Part shown: in pieces, positions 29,216-40,945 of the stretch | Numbering within the stretch: position 1 is the first letter of the stretch | Layout: each line of letters opens with the position of its first letter | NCBI GenBank assembly: GCA_900299025.1 | Contig: OMIE01000057.1 | Location: 2,287 to 66,286 of the forward strand | Direction of reading: 5' to 3' | Length of the DNA stretch: 64,000 nucleotides | Origin: Burkholderiaceae bacterium | GTDB lineage: Bacteria > Pseudomonadota > Gammaproteobacteria > Burkholderiales > Burkholderiaceae_E | Notes under the pieces: generated by a model | The model's input: the letters and a program-made list of their open reading frames with translations, nothing else | Told to the model about the DNA's origin: nothing | Databases searched by the model: none | Position numbers and translations under genes: made by a program

Positions 29216-30387
29216 GACCGTTCTAGTACTTTTAGCGCTTTTTCGAGCGCCCGATCAACCAGGGCTTCGCTTGTTGCACAAAGATTGATATGTCCCATTT
29301 TTCTCCCAACACGCGCCTCGTGCTTGCCGTAAAGATGCAAATGCAAGCCTTCAATCGCCAATAAACCTGCCCAATCGGGTTCACGATAACAACCATCACG
29401 ATCAAACCAGCGATCACCGAGTAGATTGATAAGACATGCATAAGCATGCGCGGAGGTATCGCCCAATGGAAACTCCGCAAGTACCCTCGCTTGCTGCTCA
29501 AATTGGCTGACCGCGCAGGCGTCCATGGTGATATGCCCTGAATTGTGCGGGCGAGGGGCCATTTCGTTGGCGATGATGTGCCATTGGCGGGGATCATCAA
29601 GGGGTCCGACAACAAAAAACTCAACACAAAGCACACCTTGATAATCGAGTCCGTTGGCTAGCTTTGCTGCTAAGACCTCGGCCTGCTTTGCAAACTCGGG
29701 ATGACTTCGCGCAGGAAAATAGCTAAGCGCCAAAATACCTTGATGATGAATATTCTCAATGGCCTGATAAACCCGCAGCTCGCCTCCCTGACCACGCGCT
29801 AACACAACCGATAGCTCAAAACGCAAATCAAGGCGTTCTTCGAGCAGACAATCGACATAGCCGAGCTCAGCCCAAGCCTTCGATAACGATTCACGATTTG
29901 GAACGTTGATCTGACCCTTACCGTCATAACCCAGCCGTCGGGTCTTGAGGATTGCCGGAAAGCGCGCATCGTGACATGCTTCGATGGACGCTCCATGCGA
30001 CCCATCAGCTGGCTTATCAAGCTGCCAAAAGGCTGCTGTTGCGATACCCTGCTTGATAAAGAATTGCTTTTCGAGCAGACGATCCTGCGCTATCGCAACC
30101 GCATCGGCCGAGGGTCTGACAGGCTTCGCTTGGGCAAGACGAACTAGACTACGAGCTGGAACGTTCTCAAATTCAGTCGTGACTGCATCGCAGCACCTGG
30201 CAAGCGCATCGAGCGCTTGATCATCATCATAAGCGGCCCTTATATGAGCGTCAGCGACTTGCGCTGCTGGGCAATCGGCCTGCGGGTCGAGCACGGTGAC
30301 ACGCATACCAAGACGCTGTGCTGCATGCGCGAGCATGCGGCCAAGCTGACCACCACCCATCACCCCGATGCTTCGCGTCCTATGCAT
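29212..30387 (-). CDS. purK: N5-carboxyaminoimidazole ribonucleotide synthase
   Basis: ATP-grasp protein with [13 protein letters not shown]. The ORF is trimmed to the ATG at 30387 ([13 protein letters not shown]), which overlaps the purE 3-prime end by 8 nt. Confidence 0.92.
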   Translation of the reverse strand: MHRTRSIGVMGGGQLGRMLAHAAQRLGMRVTVLDPQADCPAAQVADAHIRAAYDDDQALDALARCCDAVTTEFENVPARSLVRLAQAKPVRPSADAVAIAQDRLLEKQFFIKQGIATAAFWQLDKPADGSHGASIEACHDARFPAILKTRRLGYDGKGQINVPNRESLSKAWAELGYVDCLLEERLDLRFELSVVLARGQGGELRVYQAIENIHHQGILALSYFPARSHPEFAKQAEVLAAKLANGLDYQGVLCVEFFVVGPLDDPRQWHIIANEMAPRPHNSGHITMDACAVSQFEQQARVLAEFPLGDTSAHAYACLINLLGDRWFDRDGCYREPDWAGLLAIEGLHLHLYGKHEARVGRKMGHINLCATSEALVDRALEKALKVLERS

Positions 30388-30907
30388 GCGATGCGCCGCT
30401 TGGAGGCAAAACCATGGCACTAGCCTTAGCGGTTTGGTCAGATCGAAAACGAACTAAACGGTTCCTGATGACCTCGTCATCAAGCGAAAACTGGGCGATC
30501 ACATGCAGCGCTGCATTTGCAGCGCCAGCCTCGCCAATGGCAAAGGTAGCAACGGGTATACCGTTTGGCATTTGTACGATTGACCAAAGTGAATCCTCAC
30601 CCCGCATATACTTGCTTGCGACCGGCACGCCATAAACAGGAACAATGGTTTTTGCAGCAAGCATGCCAGGAAGATGCGCAGCACCTCCCGCCCCTGCGAT
30701 GATGGCACGCAGGCCTCGCGACAAAGCCGATGTTGCATAGTCAAACATCGCATCGGGCATGCGATGTGCCGACAGTACTTTGGCTTCGAAGGGGATTTGA
30801 AATTGCTCAAGGATGTCGGCTGCAAATTGCATGGTCGGCCAGTCACTCGATGAACCCATCACCAATCCGACACGGGCTTGCCTATCATTCATGTTGGGCG
30901 CGTTCAT
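30380..30907 (-). CDS. purE: N5-carboxyaminoimidazole ribonucleotide mutase
   Basis: 175 aa with [14 protein letters not shown] and [10 protein letters not shown] motifs. Confidence 0.95.
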   Translation of the reverse strand: MNAPNMNDRQARVGLVMGSSSDWPTMQFAADILEQFQIPFEAKVLSAHRMPDAMFDYATSALSRGLRAIIAGAGGAAHLPGMLAAKTIVPVYGVPVASKYMRGEDSLWSIVQMPNGIPVATFAIGEAGAANAALHVIAQFSLDDEVIRNRLVRFRSDQTAKASAMVLPPSGASHA

Positions 30908-30968
30908 CGTGGTTCAGTCTTGGGGGTAGTGTTCGGCGACCAACGGCTCGTCGTTGCTACGTTTCTCA

Positions 30969-31916
30969 TTAATGTCCCCGCAAACGGACAAGTGCCTCCC
31001 GATACCGGGCTGCGGTTTGTTCAATCACATCGTCAGGCAAGCTCGGTGCTGGCGCGATTTTTTGCCAGGAAGATATGGTCTCCAACCAATCACGAAGGTA
31101 TTGCTTATCAAACGAAGGCGGCGAGATACCCTCTTGCCAGCGATCAGCGGGCCAATATCGGGAGGAGTCGGGTGTGAGCACCTCATCCATTAAACGCATC
31201 TTGCCTTCGTGGTCCAGCCCAAATTCAAACTTGGTATCGGCAATCAAAATGCCACGACTTGCCGCAAAGTCAGCCGCGGTTTCATAAAGTTTGAGTGTGA
31301 TGTCGCGCATCGAGGCAGCCCATTCAGCACCGATCATTTGCTCTACTTGTTGGTACGTTATATTTTCGTCATGCTCACCGACTGCAGCTTTGGCTGCAGG
31401 GGTAAAAATGCTTTGCGGAAGCTTGGAGGCCTGCTTGAGTCCCGCAGGCAAGGGCACACCGCAAACTGCCTGATCGCGCTGATAATCCTTCCAGCCCGAA
31501 CCGATAAGATAGCCCCTGGCGACTGCTTCGACGGGCAGTGGCTTTAAGCGTATGGCCACCACCGAACGGCCTTTGACCTGATCGCGCTCGCCGGGCGCTA
31601 CCACCGATTCAGGATCAATATCGGTCAAGTGATTAGGCACCAATGCACTTAAGCGATCAAACCAAAACATACTCATCTCGTGCAAAACCTTACCCTTACC
31701 TGGAATAGGCTCGGTCATCACCACATCGAAGGCAGATAAACGGTCGCTTGTGACCATCAGCACATGCGATTCGCCTACTGTATAGAGATCGCGAACCTTT
31801 CCCCTTGCGATCAAAGGCAGCGAGCGAATCGAGCTCTCGTAAAGCGCATCGAGATGGGAGCGATGCTGCGTTGATGCACGCTTTGCCAATGGCTCCGAAT
31901 TTGCTGCTGTACTCAT
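30969..31916 (-). CDS. purC: Phosphoribosylaminoimidazole-succinocarboxamide synthase
   Basis: SAICAR synthase pattern ([16 protein letters not shown]..., SDRLSAFD). The ORF 30969..32039 is trimmed to the ATG at 31916 ([10 protein letters not shown]...). Confidence 0.92.
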   Translation of the reverse strand: MSTAANSEPLAKRASTQHRSHLDALYESSIRSLPLIARGKVRDLYTVGESHVLMVTSDRLSAFDVVMTEPIPGKGKVLHEMSMFWFDRLSALVPNHLTDIDPESVVAPGERDQVKGRSVVAIRLKPLPVEAVARGYLIGSGWKDYQRDQAVCGVPLPAGLKQASKLPQSIFTPAAKAAVGEHDENITYQQVEQMIGAEWAASMRDITLKLYETAADFAASRGILIADTKFEFGLDHEGKMRLMDEVLTPDSSRYWPADRWQEGISPPSFDKQYLRDWLETISSWQKIAPAPSLPDDVIEQTAARYREALVRLRGH

Positions 31917-32015
31917 ATTCGTTGGCTCCGAATGCGGATGCGTTTGGCGGGAAGATGCACGCTGTTCGCCGATGGCGTATTGTAGGTGCCTCAACCGACC
32001 TACGAGAAATTTCCG

Positions 32016-32843
32016 ATGAATGATCGACATGCACAACACTTGCAGCCTTTGAATCCGCTAGCGGTGCGTCTAGCTTGCCGCGAGGAAAGGCTAAGTAGCC
32101 ATACCAATGGCCTAGCGCCTGGTCATGTACAAGGAAATCTCGTCTTGCTGCCGAAAGCATATGCATTCGATTTCCTGCTCTTTTGTCACCGCAATCCCAA
32201 GCCCTGCCCACTGCTTGCCGTCTCAGAAGCGGGCCAGTGGGCTCTGCCTGCCTTGGGGCAAGATATTGATCTTCGCAGCGATTTACCGCGGTATCGGGTT
32301 TGGGAGAGCGGTGAACTGATTGACGAACCGACCAATATCTCGGGCTATTGGCGCGAGGATCTGGTTGGCTTTGTGCTCGGCTGCTCGTTTTCCTTTGAAG
32401 AGGCGCTGGTCGAGGCCGGTGTAAGCGTGAAACATCTTAGCTGTGGCGTCAATGTGCCCATGTATCGAACCTCGATCGCTACCGAGGCAGCTGGCATTTT
32501 TTCGGGGCCGATGGTGGTTACGATGCGCCCAATGCGCGCTCACGATGCGATTCGGGCCATTCAAATCACCAGTGAATTACCCCGTGTCCATGGGGCGCCG
32601 ATCCATATTGGCGACCCTGGGCTTATCGGCATCCGCGATTTAGCCAAGCCAGACTATGGCGACGTGGTAAGCCTTGAACCCGATGAAATCCCGGTTTTCT
32701 GGGCTTGCGGCGTCACCCCGCAGTCAGTATTGCTTCAGAGCAAGCCGACATTCTGCATCACACATGCACCAGGCTGCATGCTCGTGAGCGATTGGTCAAA
32801 CCGCGAGCTCAGCCTCGAACCCCGGCCCGGTATCAAACCCTAA
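32016..32843 (+). CDS. Putative hydro-lyase, UPF0317/DUF1445 family
   Basis: [36 protein letters not shown] is characteristic of DUF1445 proteins. The ATG at 32016 is preferred over the GTG at 31986. Confidence 0.8.
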   Translation: MNDRHAQHLQPLNPLAVRLACREERLSSHTNGLAPGHVQGNLVLLPKAYAFDFLLFCHRNPKPCPLLAVSEAGQWALPALGQDIDLRSDLPRYRVWESGELIDEPTNISGYWREDLVGFVLGCSFSFEEALVEAGVSVKHLSCGVNVPMYRTSIATEAAGIFSGPMVVTMRPMRAHDAIRAIQITSELPRVHGAPIHIGDPGLIGIRDLAKPDYGDVVSLEPDEIPVFWACGVTPQSVLLQSKPTFCITHAPGCMLVSDWSNRELSLEPRPGIKP

Positions 32844-32845
32844 AC

Positions 32846-33820
32846 CTAAGGCAAAACCACAAGCTTTCCAACCGCGCTCCTGTCCATCAATGCACGAATC
32901 GCTTTAGGAGCGTCTTCAAGGCTATAGCGCGCTGATATCCGAGGTTTGAGCTTACCCTCGCGAACCCAAGCGAGCAGTTGCGCCATGTCAGCCTGAAAGG
33001 CAGCCGGCTCCTTGGCTACGAAAGCGCCCCAGAATACACCCACAATGCTCGCGCCTTTGAGCAGCGCCAAATTGAGTGGTATTGCAGGAATGTCGCCGAG
33101 CGCAAAACCAATCACTAAAAAGCGTCCTCGCCAGGCGATCGACCGAAACGCGGGCTCTGCAAGATGTCCGCCGACAGGGTCATAGACAACATCGACCCCC
33201 TTGCCGGCTGTTAAAGCCTTGATGCGTTCACGCAAGTCTTCACGGCTATAATTAATACAATCATCCGCACCGTGGGCTCGGCAAACCTCAAGCTTGGCAT
33301 CGCTCGATGCAGCCGCAATGACTCTTGCACCAAGCGCTTTGCCAATTTCTACCGCAGACAAACCGACGCCACCCGCTGCACCTAGCACCAATAAGGTCTC
33401 GCCTGCCTTAAGTTGGGCGCGATCGACCAGACCGTGATAAGAAGTAGCGTATACCATGGTGAAGGACGCTGCCATTTCCATCGACACGCCGGGCGGAATC
33501 TTCACGGCCTTAGCAGCCTCAACAACCGCCTGCTGAGCAAAGCCGCCATGCCCGCAAAGCGCCATCACCGAGTCGCCAAGCTGAAAGCCTTTGACTCCCT
33601 CACCGATCGCCGAAACAACGCCGGCAATCTCCCCGCCCGGTGAAAAAGGAAGCGGAGGTTTAAATTGATAGAGGTTGCGAATGATCAGGCTGTCCGGAAA
33701 ATTCACACCGGCCGCGTGAATATCGACCCGAAGTTGGCCAGCACCTGGCTCTGGGCTTGCGACCTCTCGAACCTCGAGCAACTCGGGATCACCGTGCTGC
33801 GTACAAAGCAATGCTTTCAT
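32846..33820 (-). CDS. NADPH:quinone oxidoreductase / zinc-type alcohol dehydrogenase-like (MDR family)
   Basis: MDR pattern (MKALLCTQHGDPELL..., GETLLVLGAAGGVGLSAVEIGKALGA). The ORF is trimmed to the ATG at 33820. Confidence 0.9.
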   Translation of the reverse strand: MKALLCTQHGDPELLEVREVASPEPGAGQLRVDIHAAGVNFPDSLIIRNLYQFKPPLPFSPGGEIAGVVSAIGEGVKGFQLGDSVMALCGHGGFAQQAVVEAAKAVKIPPGVSMEMAASFTMVYATSYHGLVDRAQLKAGETLLVLGAAGGVGLSAVEIGKALGARVIAAASSDAKLEVCRAHGADDCINYSREDLRERIKALTAGKGVDVVYDPVGGHLAEPAFRSIAWRGRFLVIGFALGDIPAIPLNLALLKGASIVGVFWGAFVAKEPAAFQADMAQLLAWVREGKLKPRISARYSLEDAPKAIRALMDRSAVGKLVVLP

Positions 33821-33918
33821 CCGAAAACCTTTCCTTAAGGGTAGAACGAGCTTCTTCGCTATGAACGAATTTCCTTGCTGACTCAATGCTCAAGCTTAGT
33901 CAATAACCAAGCCCTCGC

Positions 33919-34983
33919 TTAATGCACAAGCTGTGTCAGCTCGCTATTTTTATATCGATCAATCATGACCGATAAGCCTATTGGCTTAATCATCGATGCT
34001 TTACCAGCGCAGCCAAATTGTTCGTAACGTTGTAAGCAAATCGCTTTAGCTGCTGCCGTTGCCGGCTTCAAATATTCGCGGGGATCAAACTTATCGGGGT
34101 GTTGAGCGAGAAACTGGCGAATCGCCGCGGTCATCGCAAGACGTATATCGGTATCAATATTAATTTTGCGAACGCCGTGGTGAATCGCTTCCTGTATCTC
34201 TTCGACCGGTACGCCATAGGTCTCTTTCATGTTGCCGCCATATTGGCGGATCAATTGCAAGAGTTCCTGCGGCACTGAGGATGAGCCGTGCATCACCAAA
34301 TGAGTATTGGGTATACGGCGGTGAATCTCCTTAATCCGATCAATCGCCAAAATATCACCCGTTGGTTTTCGGCTGAATTTATAGGCGCCGTGCGATGTGC
34401 CGATCGCAATCGCAAGCGCGTCGACCTGGGTTTTGCGAATGAAATCAGCCGCTTGCTCCGGGTCAGTAAGTAATTGCTCACGAGTCATGCTGCCTTCAGC
34501 GCCGTGGCCGTCTTCCTTGTCGCCTTTCATGGTTTCAAGCGAACCCAGACAGCCTAACTCGCCTTCGACCGTGACGCCAATGGCGTGAGCCATGTCGACG
34601 ACTGCCTTGGTCGTGCTCACGTTGTAGTCGTAACTCGCAATGGTTTTGCCATCTTCGAGCAGTGAACCATCCATCATCACCGATGAAAAACCAAGACGCA
34701 TCGCCTGCAAACACACCGCAGGGGACTGCCCATGATCTTGATGCATCACCACCGGTACATCCGGGAAACTCTCAACCGCTGCCTCGATTAAATGACGCAA
34801 AAAAGCCTCGCCCGCATACTTCCGAGCGCCTGCCGATGCCTGCATGATGACCGGTGCATCAGCTTGGGCTGCCGCTGACATAATCGCTTGCACCTGCTCG
34901 AGATTATTGACATTAAAGGCTGGGATACCGTAATCGTGCTCGGCTGCGTGATCGAGCAATTGACGCATTGATACAAGCGGCAT
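33919..34983 (-). CDS. fba: Class II fructose-bisphosphate aldolase (Calvin-cycle/CbbA subtype)
   Basis: 354 aa with [30 protein letters not shown] and HGSSSVP motifs. Confidence 0.96.
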   Translation of the reverse strand: MPLVSMRQLLDHAAEHDYGIPAFNVNNLEQVQAIMSAAAQADAPVIMQASAGARKYAGEAFLRHLIEAAVESFPDVPVVMHQDHGQSPAVCLQAMRLGFSSVMMDGSLLEDGKTIASYDYNVSTTKAVVDMAHAIGVTVEGELGCLGSLETMKGDKEDGHGAEGSMTREQLLTDPEQAADFIRKTQVDALAIAIGTSHGAYKFSRKPTGDILAIDRIKEIHRRIPNTHLVMHGSSSVPQELLQLIRQYGGNMKETYGVPVEEIQEAIHHGVRKINIDTDIRLAMTAAIRQFLAQHPDKFDPREYLKPATAAAKAICLQRYEQFGCAGKASMIKPIGLSVMIDRYKNSELTQLVH

Positions 34984-35033
34984 AGCGCTGTCTCCTTCTT
35001 TAAAATTAATCAGCGCACAAGCGCATGGATGGC

Positions 35034-36458
35034 TCAGTGTTCGCCAACGCGAACCAATTTAAGGGTATTGGTTCCGCCTGCCTTACCGATCGGCTCACCG
35101 ATTGTCAAAACGATGAGATCACCTTGCTCGACGACGCCGGCTTCGAGTAATTGACTCTGACAGGCCCGCAACAGAGCATCGCGATCGAAAGCTTCGTACT
35201 TGGATAACATCGGCCGAACATCGCGATAAATCGTCATACGCCGCCGACTCGCTTCCTCAGGCGTGAGTGCGTAAATCGGCACGCCTGCATTTAAACGCGA
35301 CATCCAAAGCGCTGTTGATCCAGACTGGGTGAGGGCTGCAATAGCTTTCACCTGCATATGATGCGCAACAAAGAGGGCGCTCATCGCAATCGACTGATCA
35401 ATTCTCGTGAAGGTCCGATTTAAAAATTCGGTGTCGAGCGAAACACGATGCGATTTTTCAGCTTCGACACAAATTCTCACCATAGCTTCAACGGTTTCAA
35501 CAGGATACTTGCCTGCTGCCGATTCAGCCGACAACATCACCGCATCGGTACCATCAATCACCGCATTGGCAACATCAGAAACCTCGGCCCGCGTTGGCAC
35601 CGGCGACTCAATCATCGACTCCATCATTTGAGTTGCGGTGATGGTGAACTTATTAAACTCGCGCGCCATACGAATCATGCGCTTTTGCAGCGCGGGCACT
35701 GCGGCATCACCGACTTCAATGGCAAGGTCACCGCGCGCCACCATGATGCCATCGGAAGCTTTCAATACATCTTCAAGATTATCAATCGCCTCATAACGTT
35801 CTATTTTCGCGATCGTATGCGCTTTACTTCCGCAGGCGCGCATTAACTCACGCGCCATGTACATATCAGAGGAGTTTTTGGGAAATGACACCGCAAGAAA
35901 ATCGGCTGCCAAATCAGCCGCAGTCCGAATGTCGTCCATATCCTTGGCAGTGAGCGCTGCAGCGGAAAGTCCGCCACCCAAGCGGTTGATGCCTTTGCGA
36001 TCGGACAAAATGCCACCAACCATGACCTTGGCATCGATGGTGGACGAACTCACAGCCTCCACCTGCATAGACATCCTGCCGTCGTTTAAAAGCAAGGTGT
36101 CGCCAGGCTTTACATCGTGGACGAGCTCTTTGTAGTCAAGCCCAACAGTTGTCTGATCACCCGCTTCACAATGGATATCAAAACGAAAGCGGTCACCCGC
36201 ATTGAGTGTGATGGGCCCTTGCGCAAACTTGCCAATCCTGATTTTGGGACCTTGCAAATCAACCAAAATGCCCACGTCTCGTTTAGAACGCTCAGCGATC
36301 GACCGAACGAGTTCGGCCCTTGCGCGATGCTCCGCGGCCGTGCCATGTGAGAAATTCAGGCGAACAACATTAACACCGGCCAAAATCAATCGCTCGAGCA
36401 CTTCGGGACTTGACGAAGCCGGGCCAAGGGTGGCGACGATTTTGGTAGCACGGTTCAT
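35034..36458 (-). CDS. pyk: Pyruvate kinase
   Basis: 474 aa with [21 protein letters not shown] and the C-terminal domain. Confidence 0.96.
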   Translation of the reverse strand: MNRATKIVATLGPASSSPEVLERLILAGVNVVRLNFSHGTAAEHRARAELVRSIAERSKRDVGILVDLQGPKIRIGKFAQGPITLNAGDRFRFDIHCEAGDQTTVGLDYKELVHDVKPGDTLLLNDGRMSMQVEAVSSSTIDAKVMVGGILSDRKGINRLGGGLSAAALTAKDMDDIRTAADLAADFLAVSFPKNSSDMYMARELMRACGSKAHTIAKIERYEAIDNLEDVLKASDGIMVARGDLAIEVGDAAVPALQKRMIRMAREFNKFTITATQMMESMIESPVPTRAEVSDVANAVIDGTDAVMLSAESAAGKYPVETVEAMVRICVEAEKSHRVSLDTEFLNRTFTRIDQSIAMSALFVAHHMQVKAIAALTQSGSTALWMSRLNAGVPIYALTPEEASRRRMTIYRDVRPMLSKYEAFDRDALLRACQSQLLEAGVVEQGDLIVLTIGEPIGKAGGTNTLKLVRVGEH

Positions 36459-36459
36459 G

Positions 36460-37650
36460 TCAGCTTCGCTCCATCAGGGCGGTTATGGCGGGCAAAGGTT
36501 TGCCCTCTAAGAACTCCAAAAAGGCGCCGCCTCCAGTAGAGATATAGCCCATCTGATCGGCGACCCCAAATTTGGCAATAGCCGCTAGCGTATCGCCCCC
36601 ACCCGCAATCGAAAAGCCCTTTGATGAAGCAATAGCCCGAGCAATCGTCTCGGTACCCGCAGAAAAAGCGTCAAACTCAAAAACGCCCACTGGGCCATTC
36701 CACACCATGGTTCCGGCAGATTCAAGCGTTTGCGCAAGCGCCCGAGCTGTTCTAGGGCCAATGTCAAGAATCATCTCATCAGCCTCAACACACACCTCAC
36801 CCGGATGTAATTCGGCGATCCGATATTCGGCATCAGCTGCAAATCGTTTGGCAAGCACAACATCAACGGGCAGCGGTACTTCGGCACCACGCGCCCGCAT
36901 GGTTTCGATGACCGTTCTTGCCTCATCAAGTAAATCGCGCTCGGCTAGGGATGCTCCGATGTCAGAGCCCACTGCGGCAAGAAAGCTGTTGGCGATACCT
37001 CCACCCACAATTAAACGGTCAACTTTATGGGCCAGGCTTTGCAAAATGCTGAGTTTGGTGGAAACCTTTGAGCCTGCGACGATCGCAACGAGCGGACGCG
37101 CCGGTGCTGCCAATGCCCGTCCTAGTGCATCAAGTTCAGCTGCCATTAATGGGCCGGCACAGGCTATTGGTGCAAAGGCAGCGATCCCATGCGTCGTTGC
37201 CTCTGCGCGATGCGCGGTACCGAAAGCGTCGTTAACATAAATATCGCAAAGCGATGCCATGCGCTTTGCCAGGTCGGGATCATTTTTCTTTTCGCCTGGA
37301 TTGCATCGGCAATTTTCCAGCACAACGACCTGTCCAGGCTGCAGTTCTGGCACGCCATGGATCCAGTCCTTGATTAAGGCCACCGGCGCAGCTAAAAGCT
37401 CAGCAAGCCTTCTTGCCACCGGCGCAAGCGAATCCTCTTCGCGGCATACACCTTCTTCGGGTCGGCCAAGATGGGAGGTCACCATGACGCGAGCGCCACC
37501 TTCCTTCGCCAAACGAATAGCCGGCAAGGACGCCCTGAGGCGGGTATCGTCACTAATCGCCCCGCGTTGATCAAGTGGGACATTTAAATCGGCACGAATG
37601 AAGACCCGTTTTCCAGCAAGATCCTGATCTTCTAAGCGCTTGAATCGCAT
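36460..37650 (-). CDS. pgk: Phosphoglycerate kinase
   Basis: [12 protein letters not shown] motif. The start is set at the ATG at 37650, preceded by AGGAG 9 nt upstream. The track ORF begins at a TTG at 37659. Confidence 0.96.
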   Translation of the reverse strand: MRFKRLEDQDLAGKRVFIRADLNVPLDQRGAISDDTRLRASLPAIRLAKEGGARVMVTSHLGRPEEGVCREEDSLAPVARRLAELLAAPVALIKDWIHGVPELQPGQVVVLENCRCNPGEKKNDPDLAKRMASLCDIYVNDAFGTAHRAEATTHGIAAFAPIACAGPLMAAELDALGRALAAPARPLVAIVAGSKVSTKLSILQSLAHKVDRLIVGGGIANSFLAAVGSDIGASLAERDLLDEARTVIETMRARGAEVPLPVDVVLAKRFAADAEYRIAELHPGEVCVEADEMILDIGPRTARALAQTLESAGTMVWNGPVGVFEFDAFSAGTETIARAIASSKGFSIAGGGDTLAAIAKFGVADQMGYISTGGGAFLEFLEGKPLPAITALMERS

Positions 37651-37669
37651 CGGGGGCAACTCCTATCGC

Positions 37670-38683
37670 TTAATGCCCGGCATTCATCAATGCGAGCGTG
37701 GTGTCCAGCATACGATTTGAAAATCCCCATTCATTGTCGTACCAACTTGAGACCTTAACGAGTCGACCCGAAACTTTCGTTAGGCTTGCGTCGATGATTG
37801 AACTTGCCGGATTGTGATTGAAATCCACCGAAACCAGATGCTCTGTGTTGTAGGCCAGAATGCCCTTCAAGCTGCCCTCGCTTGCGGTCTTAAGGATGGC
37901 ATTAACCTCCTCTGCTGAGCTGTCACGCATTGCGACAAATGACAAATCGACCATCGAAACATTAATCGTGGGTACACGCATGGCGTAACCGTCTAGCTTG
38001 CCGTTGAGCTCGGGGAGTACCAGGCCCACAGCCGCCGCAGCACCGGTCTTGGTCGGAATCATCGACATGGTTGCCGAACGCGCACGGCGCAAATCCTCGT
38101 GGTAAACATCGGTAAGCACTTGGTCGTTGGTGTAGGCGTGGATCGTTGTCATGAGCCCTGTCTCAAGGCCGATCACGTCGTGCAAGGGCTTGACCAGCGG
38201 CGCGAGGCAGTTCGTTGTGCAGGAGGCATTCGAAATCACCTGATGCGAAGCACGAAGGATTTGGTGATTCACGCCGTAGACCACCGTCGCGTCTACATCT
38301 TTTCCCCCAGGCGCGGAAATCACGACCTTCTTCGCACCACTGCGAAGATGGGCAGAGGCCTTCTCTTTACTGGTGAAAAAGCCGGTGCACTCGAGCACCA
38401 CATCCACACCAAGCTCGGCCCAGGGAAGATCTGCTGGGTTGCGCTTTGCGAGTACTTTGATCGGATCGCCATTGACACGCATGGCATCACCATCAACGCT
38501 TACCTCACCGGGAAACCTCCCGTGTGCAGTGTCATAACGGGTAAGGTGGGCATTGGTCTGAGGATCTCCTAAGTCATTGATAGCGACGATCTGAATCGGG
38601 TGGCTTTTTCCCGACTCATAATGAGCTCTCAAAATATTGCGCCCGATCCTTCCATACCCGTTGATCGCAACCCGAATCGTCAT
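37670..38683 (-). CDS. gap: Type I glyceraldehyde-3-phosphate dehydrogenase
   Basis: 337 aa with INGYGRIGR and the active site [12 protein letters not shown]. Confidence 0.97.
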   Translation of the reverse strand: MTIRVAINGYGRIGRNILRAHYESGKSHPIQIVAINDLGDPQTNAHLTRYDTAHGRFPGEVSVDGDAMRVNGDPIKVLAKRNPADLPWAELGVDVVLECTGFFTSKEKASAHLRSGAKKVVISAPGGKDVDATVVYGVNHQILRASHQVISNASCTTNCLAPLVKPLHDVIGLETGLMTTIHAYTNDQVLTDVYHEDLRRARSATMSMIPTKTGAAAAVGLVLPELNGKLDGYAMRVPTINVSMVDLSFVAMRDSSAEEVNAILKTASEGSLKGILAYNTEHLVSVDFNHNPASSIIDASLTKVSGRLVKVSSWYDNEWGFSNRMLDTTLALMNAGH

Positions 38684-38686
38684 GAC

Positions 38687-40768
38687 CTATGACCTCCCTG
38701 ACATACTGCTTGTTGAAATGCAAAGACGCACCCGCTCCGCGAGCGCCTTGGCCGTGAGGCCGAAATGTTCATAGAGCACATGCGCTGGGGCCGACTCACC
38801 AAACTGACTCAAACCAAGCACATCGGCGCAACCGTACTTCCACCAACCATCCGGAACACCAGCCTCAATGGCAATCCTGGGATGCTTGCCTAACACCTGC
38901 TCCTTCCAAGCCAGATCCTGCCGATCGAAAAGGCTTGATGACGGCATCGAAACCACGCGAACCGGAATCGATACCTGGGCTAGAAGCTCAGCGGCTTCAA
39001 GCGCGATGCCCAGTTCCGAACCGCTAGCCAGGATGCTAGCAAGCGCTTGTTCGTGATCTCTACAAACATAGGCACCTCGCGAGGCGGCGATGCGCTGCGC
39101 TGCGTCGAGTTCGAGAATTGGCACCGCCTGTCGCGTGAGTAATAGGGCGCTTGGCCCATGTTGACGGTGTATTGCCGATGTCCAGGCGATAGCCGTTTCG
39201 ATAGCGTCAGCTGGGCGCCAGACATCGAGATTGGGAATGAGACGCAAACTGGCTGCATGTTCGATGGGCTGATGGGTAGGCCCGTCTTCGCCGAGTCCAA
39301 TCGAATCGTGGGTAAACACGTGGATCACACGCTGGCGCATCAAAGCGGCCATACGCAAGGCGTTACGCGCATAGTCGCTGAATGTGAGGAAGGTGCCACC
39401 GTAGGGGATGAAACCGGTATGTAGGGCCATACCGTTCATGATGGCGGCCATCCCAAACTCGCGAACACCGTAATTAATATGCCGACCGGGCTTGAGCCCG
39501 TTGGCATCAATTCGCAAAGCACCGCAATCCTTAAAGTCGGTCAGATTGCTCCCCGTCAGATCAGCTGAACCGCCAATCAAGTCACTGAGTGCAGGACCAA
39601 GCACTTGCAGAACATTTTGCGAGGCTTTGCGCGTGGCAACCTTTTCGCCTGCTGCGTTGCGTTTTGCGGCATCGTCGATGGCGCGAGCGGCGATTTGCGG
39701 CCAATCGGCGGGGAGTACACCCGAAACCCGTCGCTGAAAATGCGCAAGCAAGGCGGGCTCCTTCGCTTGATAGACATCAAGCACCGCCTGCCATTGCTGC
39801 TCCACTTGCTCGCCATGCGCTTGTTCATCCCATAATTGCCGCATCGCTGATGGAATCTCAAAGGCTTCCCCGGACCAGTCCATTGCTGCCTTTGTTGCGG
39901 CAATTTCATCCTTGCCAAGCGGCTCGCCGTGGGTTTTCGCACTTCCGGCCTTGGTTGCCGCGCCAGCACCGATGAGCGTGCGGCAAATGATGAGGCAAGG
40001 GCCAAGCTCGGGGTCAGACCCTGATCGAGCCTCGATAAGCGCACGGTCGACAGCGCTTGCGTCATGACCATCGATAGGCCCAATCACACGCCATCCATAG
40101 GCTTTAAAGCGTGCCGCTGTGTCATCGCTAAACCAATGCTTCACCGCACCATCGATGGAGATGCCGTTGTCGTCATAAAGCACAATCAGCTTGGACAATC
40201 GCCAGGTACCAGCCAGGGAGCACACCTCGTGGCTAATCCCCTCCATGAAGCAGCCATCGCCAACAAAGGCATAGGTGTGGTGGTCTACCAAGGCCGGCAA
40301 GCCATCGCGGTTGAATTCGGCAGCGAGTAAACGCTCAGCGAGTGCCATACCGACTGCGTTTGCCAGACCCTGACCGAGGGGTCCTGTCGTTGTTTCAACG
40401 CCCGCCGTTAGCCCATGTTCGGGATGGCCAGGCGTGCGGCTATGAAGCTTGCGAAATTGTTTCAGTTCCTCGAGCGGTAAGTCATAACCACTCAGGTGCA
40501 AAAGGCCATAGAGCAGCATCGAGCCATGCCCGTTGGAGAGCACAAAGCGGTCACGGTTTGCCCATTGTGGGCTCTTAGGGTTGTGCTTTAAATGGCCCTT
40601 CCAGAGTGCGAAGGCAATATCGGCCATGCCCATCGGCATGCCGGGGTGACCTGAGTTTGCCGCTTGAACGGCATCCATGGCCAGAATTCTCAGTGCGTTG
40701 GCCATTGGTTTGAATTGGCGCTGATCAATCGCACTAAGACGTGATTGGATGGTTTTGGTTGTTGTCAT
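38687..40768 (-). CDS. tkt: Transketolase
   Basis: TPP-binding motifs (SGHPGMPMGMADIA, GDGCFMEGISHE). The ORF 38687..40882 is trimmed to the ATG at 40768 (MTTTKTIQ...). Confidence 0.95.
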   Translation of the reverse strand: MTTTKTIQSRLSAIDQRQFKPMANALRILAMDAVQAANSGHPGMPMGMADIAFALWKGHLKHNPKSPQWANRDRFVLSNGHGSMLLYGLLHLSGYDLPLEELKQFRKLHSRTPGHPEHGLTAGVETTTGPLGQGLANAVGMALAERLLAAEFNRDGLPALVDHHTYAFVGDGCFMEGISHEVCSLAGTWRLSKLIVLYDDNGISIDGAVKHWFSDDTAARFKAYGWRVIGPIDGHDASAVDRALIEARSGSDPELGPCLIICRTLIGAGAATKAGSAKTHGEPLGKDEIAATKAAMDWSGEAFEIPSAMRQLWDEQAHGEQVEQQWQAVLDVYQAKEPALLAHFQRRVSGVLPADWPQIAARAIDDAAKRNAAGEKVATRKASQNVLQVLGPALSDLIGGSADLTGSNLTDFKDCGALRIDANGLKPGRHINYGVREFGMAAIMNGMALHTGFIPYGGTFLTFSDYARNALRMAALMRQRVIHVFTHDSIGLGEDGPTHQPIEHAASLRLIPNLDVWRPADAIETAIAWTSAIHRQHGPSALLLTRQAVPILELDAAQRIAASRGAYVCRDHEQALASILASGSELGIALEAAELLAQVSIPVRVVSMPSSSLFDRQDLAWKEQVLGKHPRIAIEAGVPDGWWKYGCADVLGLSQFGESAPAHVLYEHFGLTAKALAERVRLCISTSSMSGRS

Positions 40769-40945
40769 GAGCGAAACCCGGGTGCAAAACCTTTCGATGG
40801 TACCAAAGCGCGCTGTTTTGTACGGTCTGAGATTCATCGAGAAAACGCCGCACCCAACGCTAGCTATCGAGCAGCACATCATGGCCCTGAAACGCGTGGA
40901 TCGATGATCGCGGACTTATAATTCAGATAAAGGATCAAAAATACG

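Noticed and set aside
36572-37240. 222-aa ORF antisense to pgk
   Set aside because: The composition is Ala/Ser/Pro-rich with no recognisable domain, and it is fully embedded opposite a conserved gene. It is a GC-driven open frame.
40769-40882. N-terminal extensions of ORFs in the track (tkt to 40882, purC to 32039, rsmE from 42027, holC from 2175, maeB to 45440, QOR to 33886, purK to 30420)
   Set aside because: The extensions are Cys/Arg-rich or overlap neighbouring genes, and they precede the point where family-conserved N-termini begin. Internal ATG or GTG codons give proteins of canonical length.
40916-40921. TATAAT hexamer 25 nt upstream of the speD-speE fusion gene
   Set aside because: No acceptable -35 lies at 16-18 nt spacing, so it was not reported as a promoter feature.
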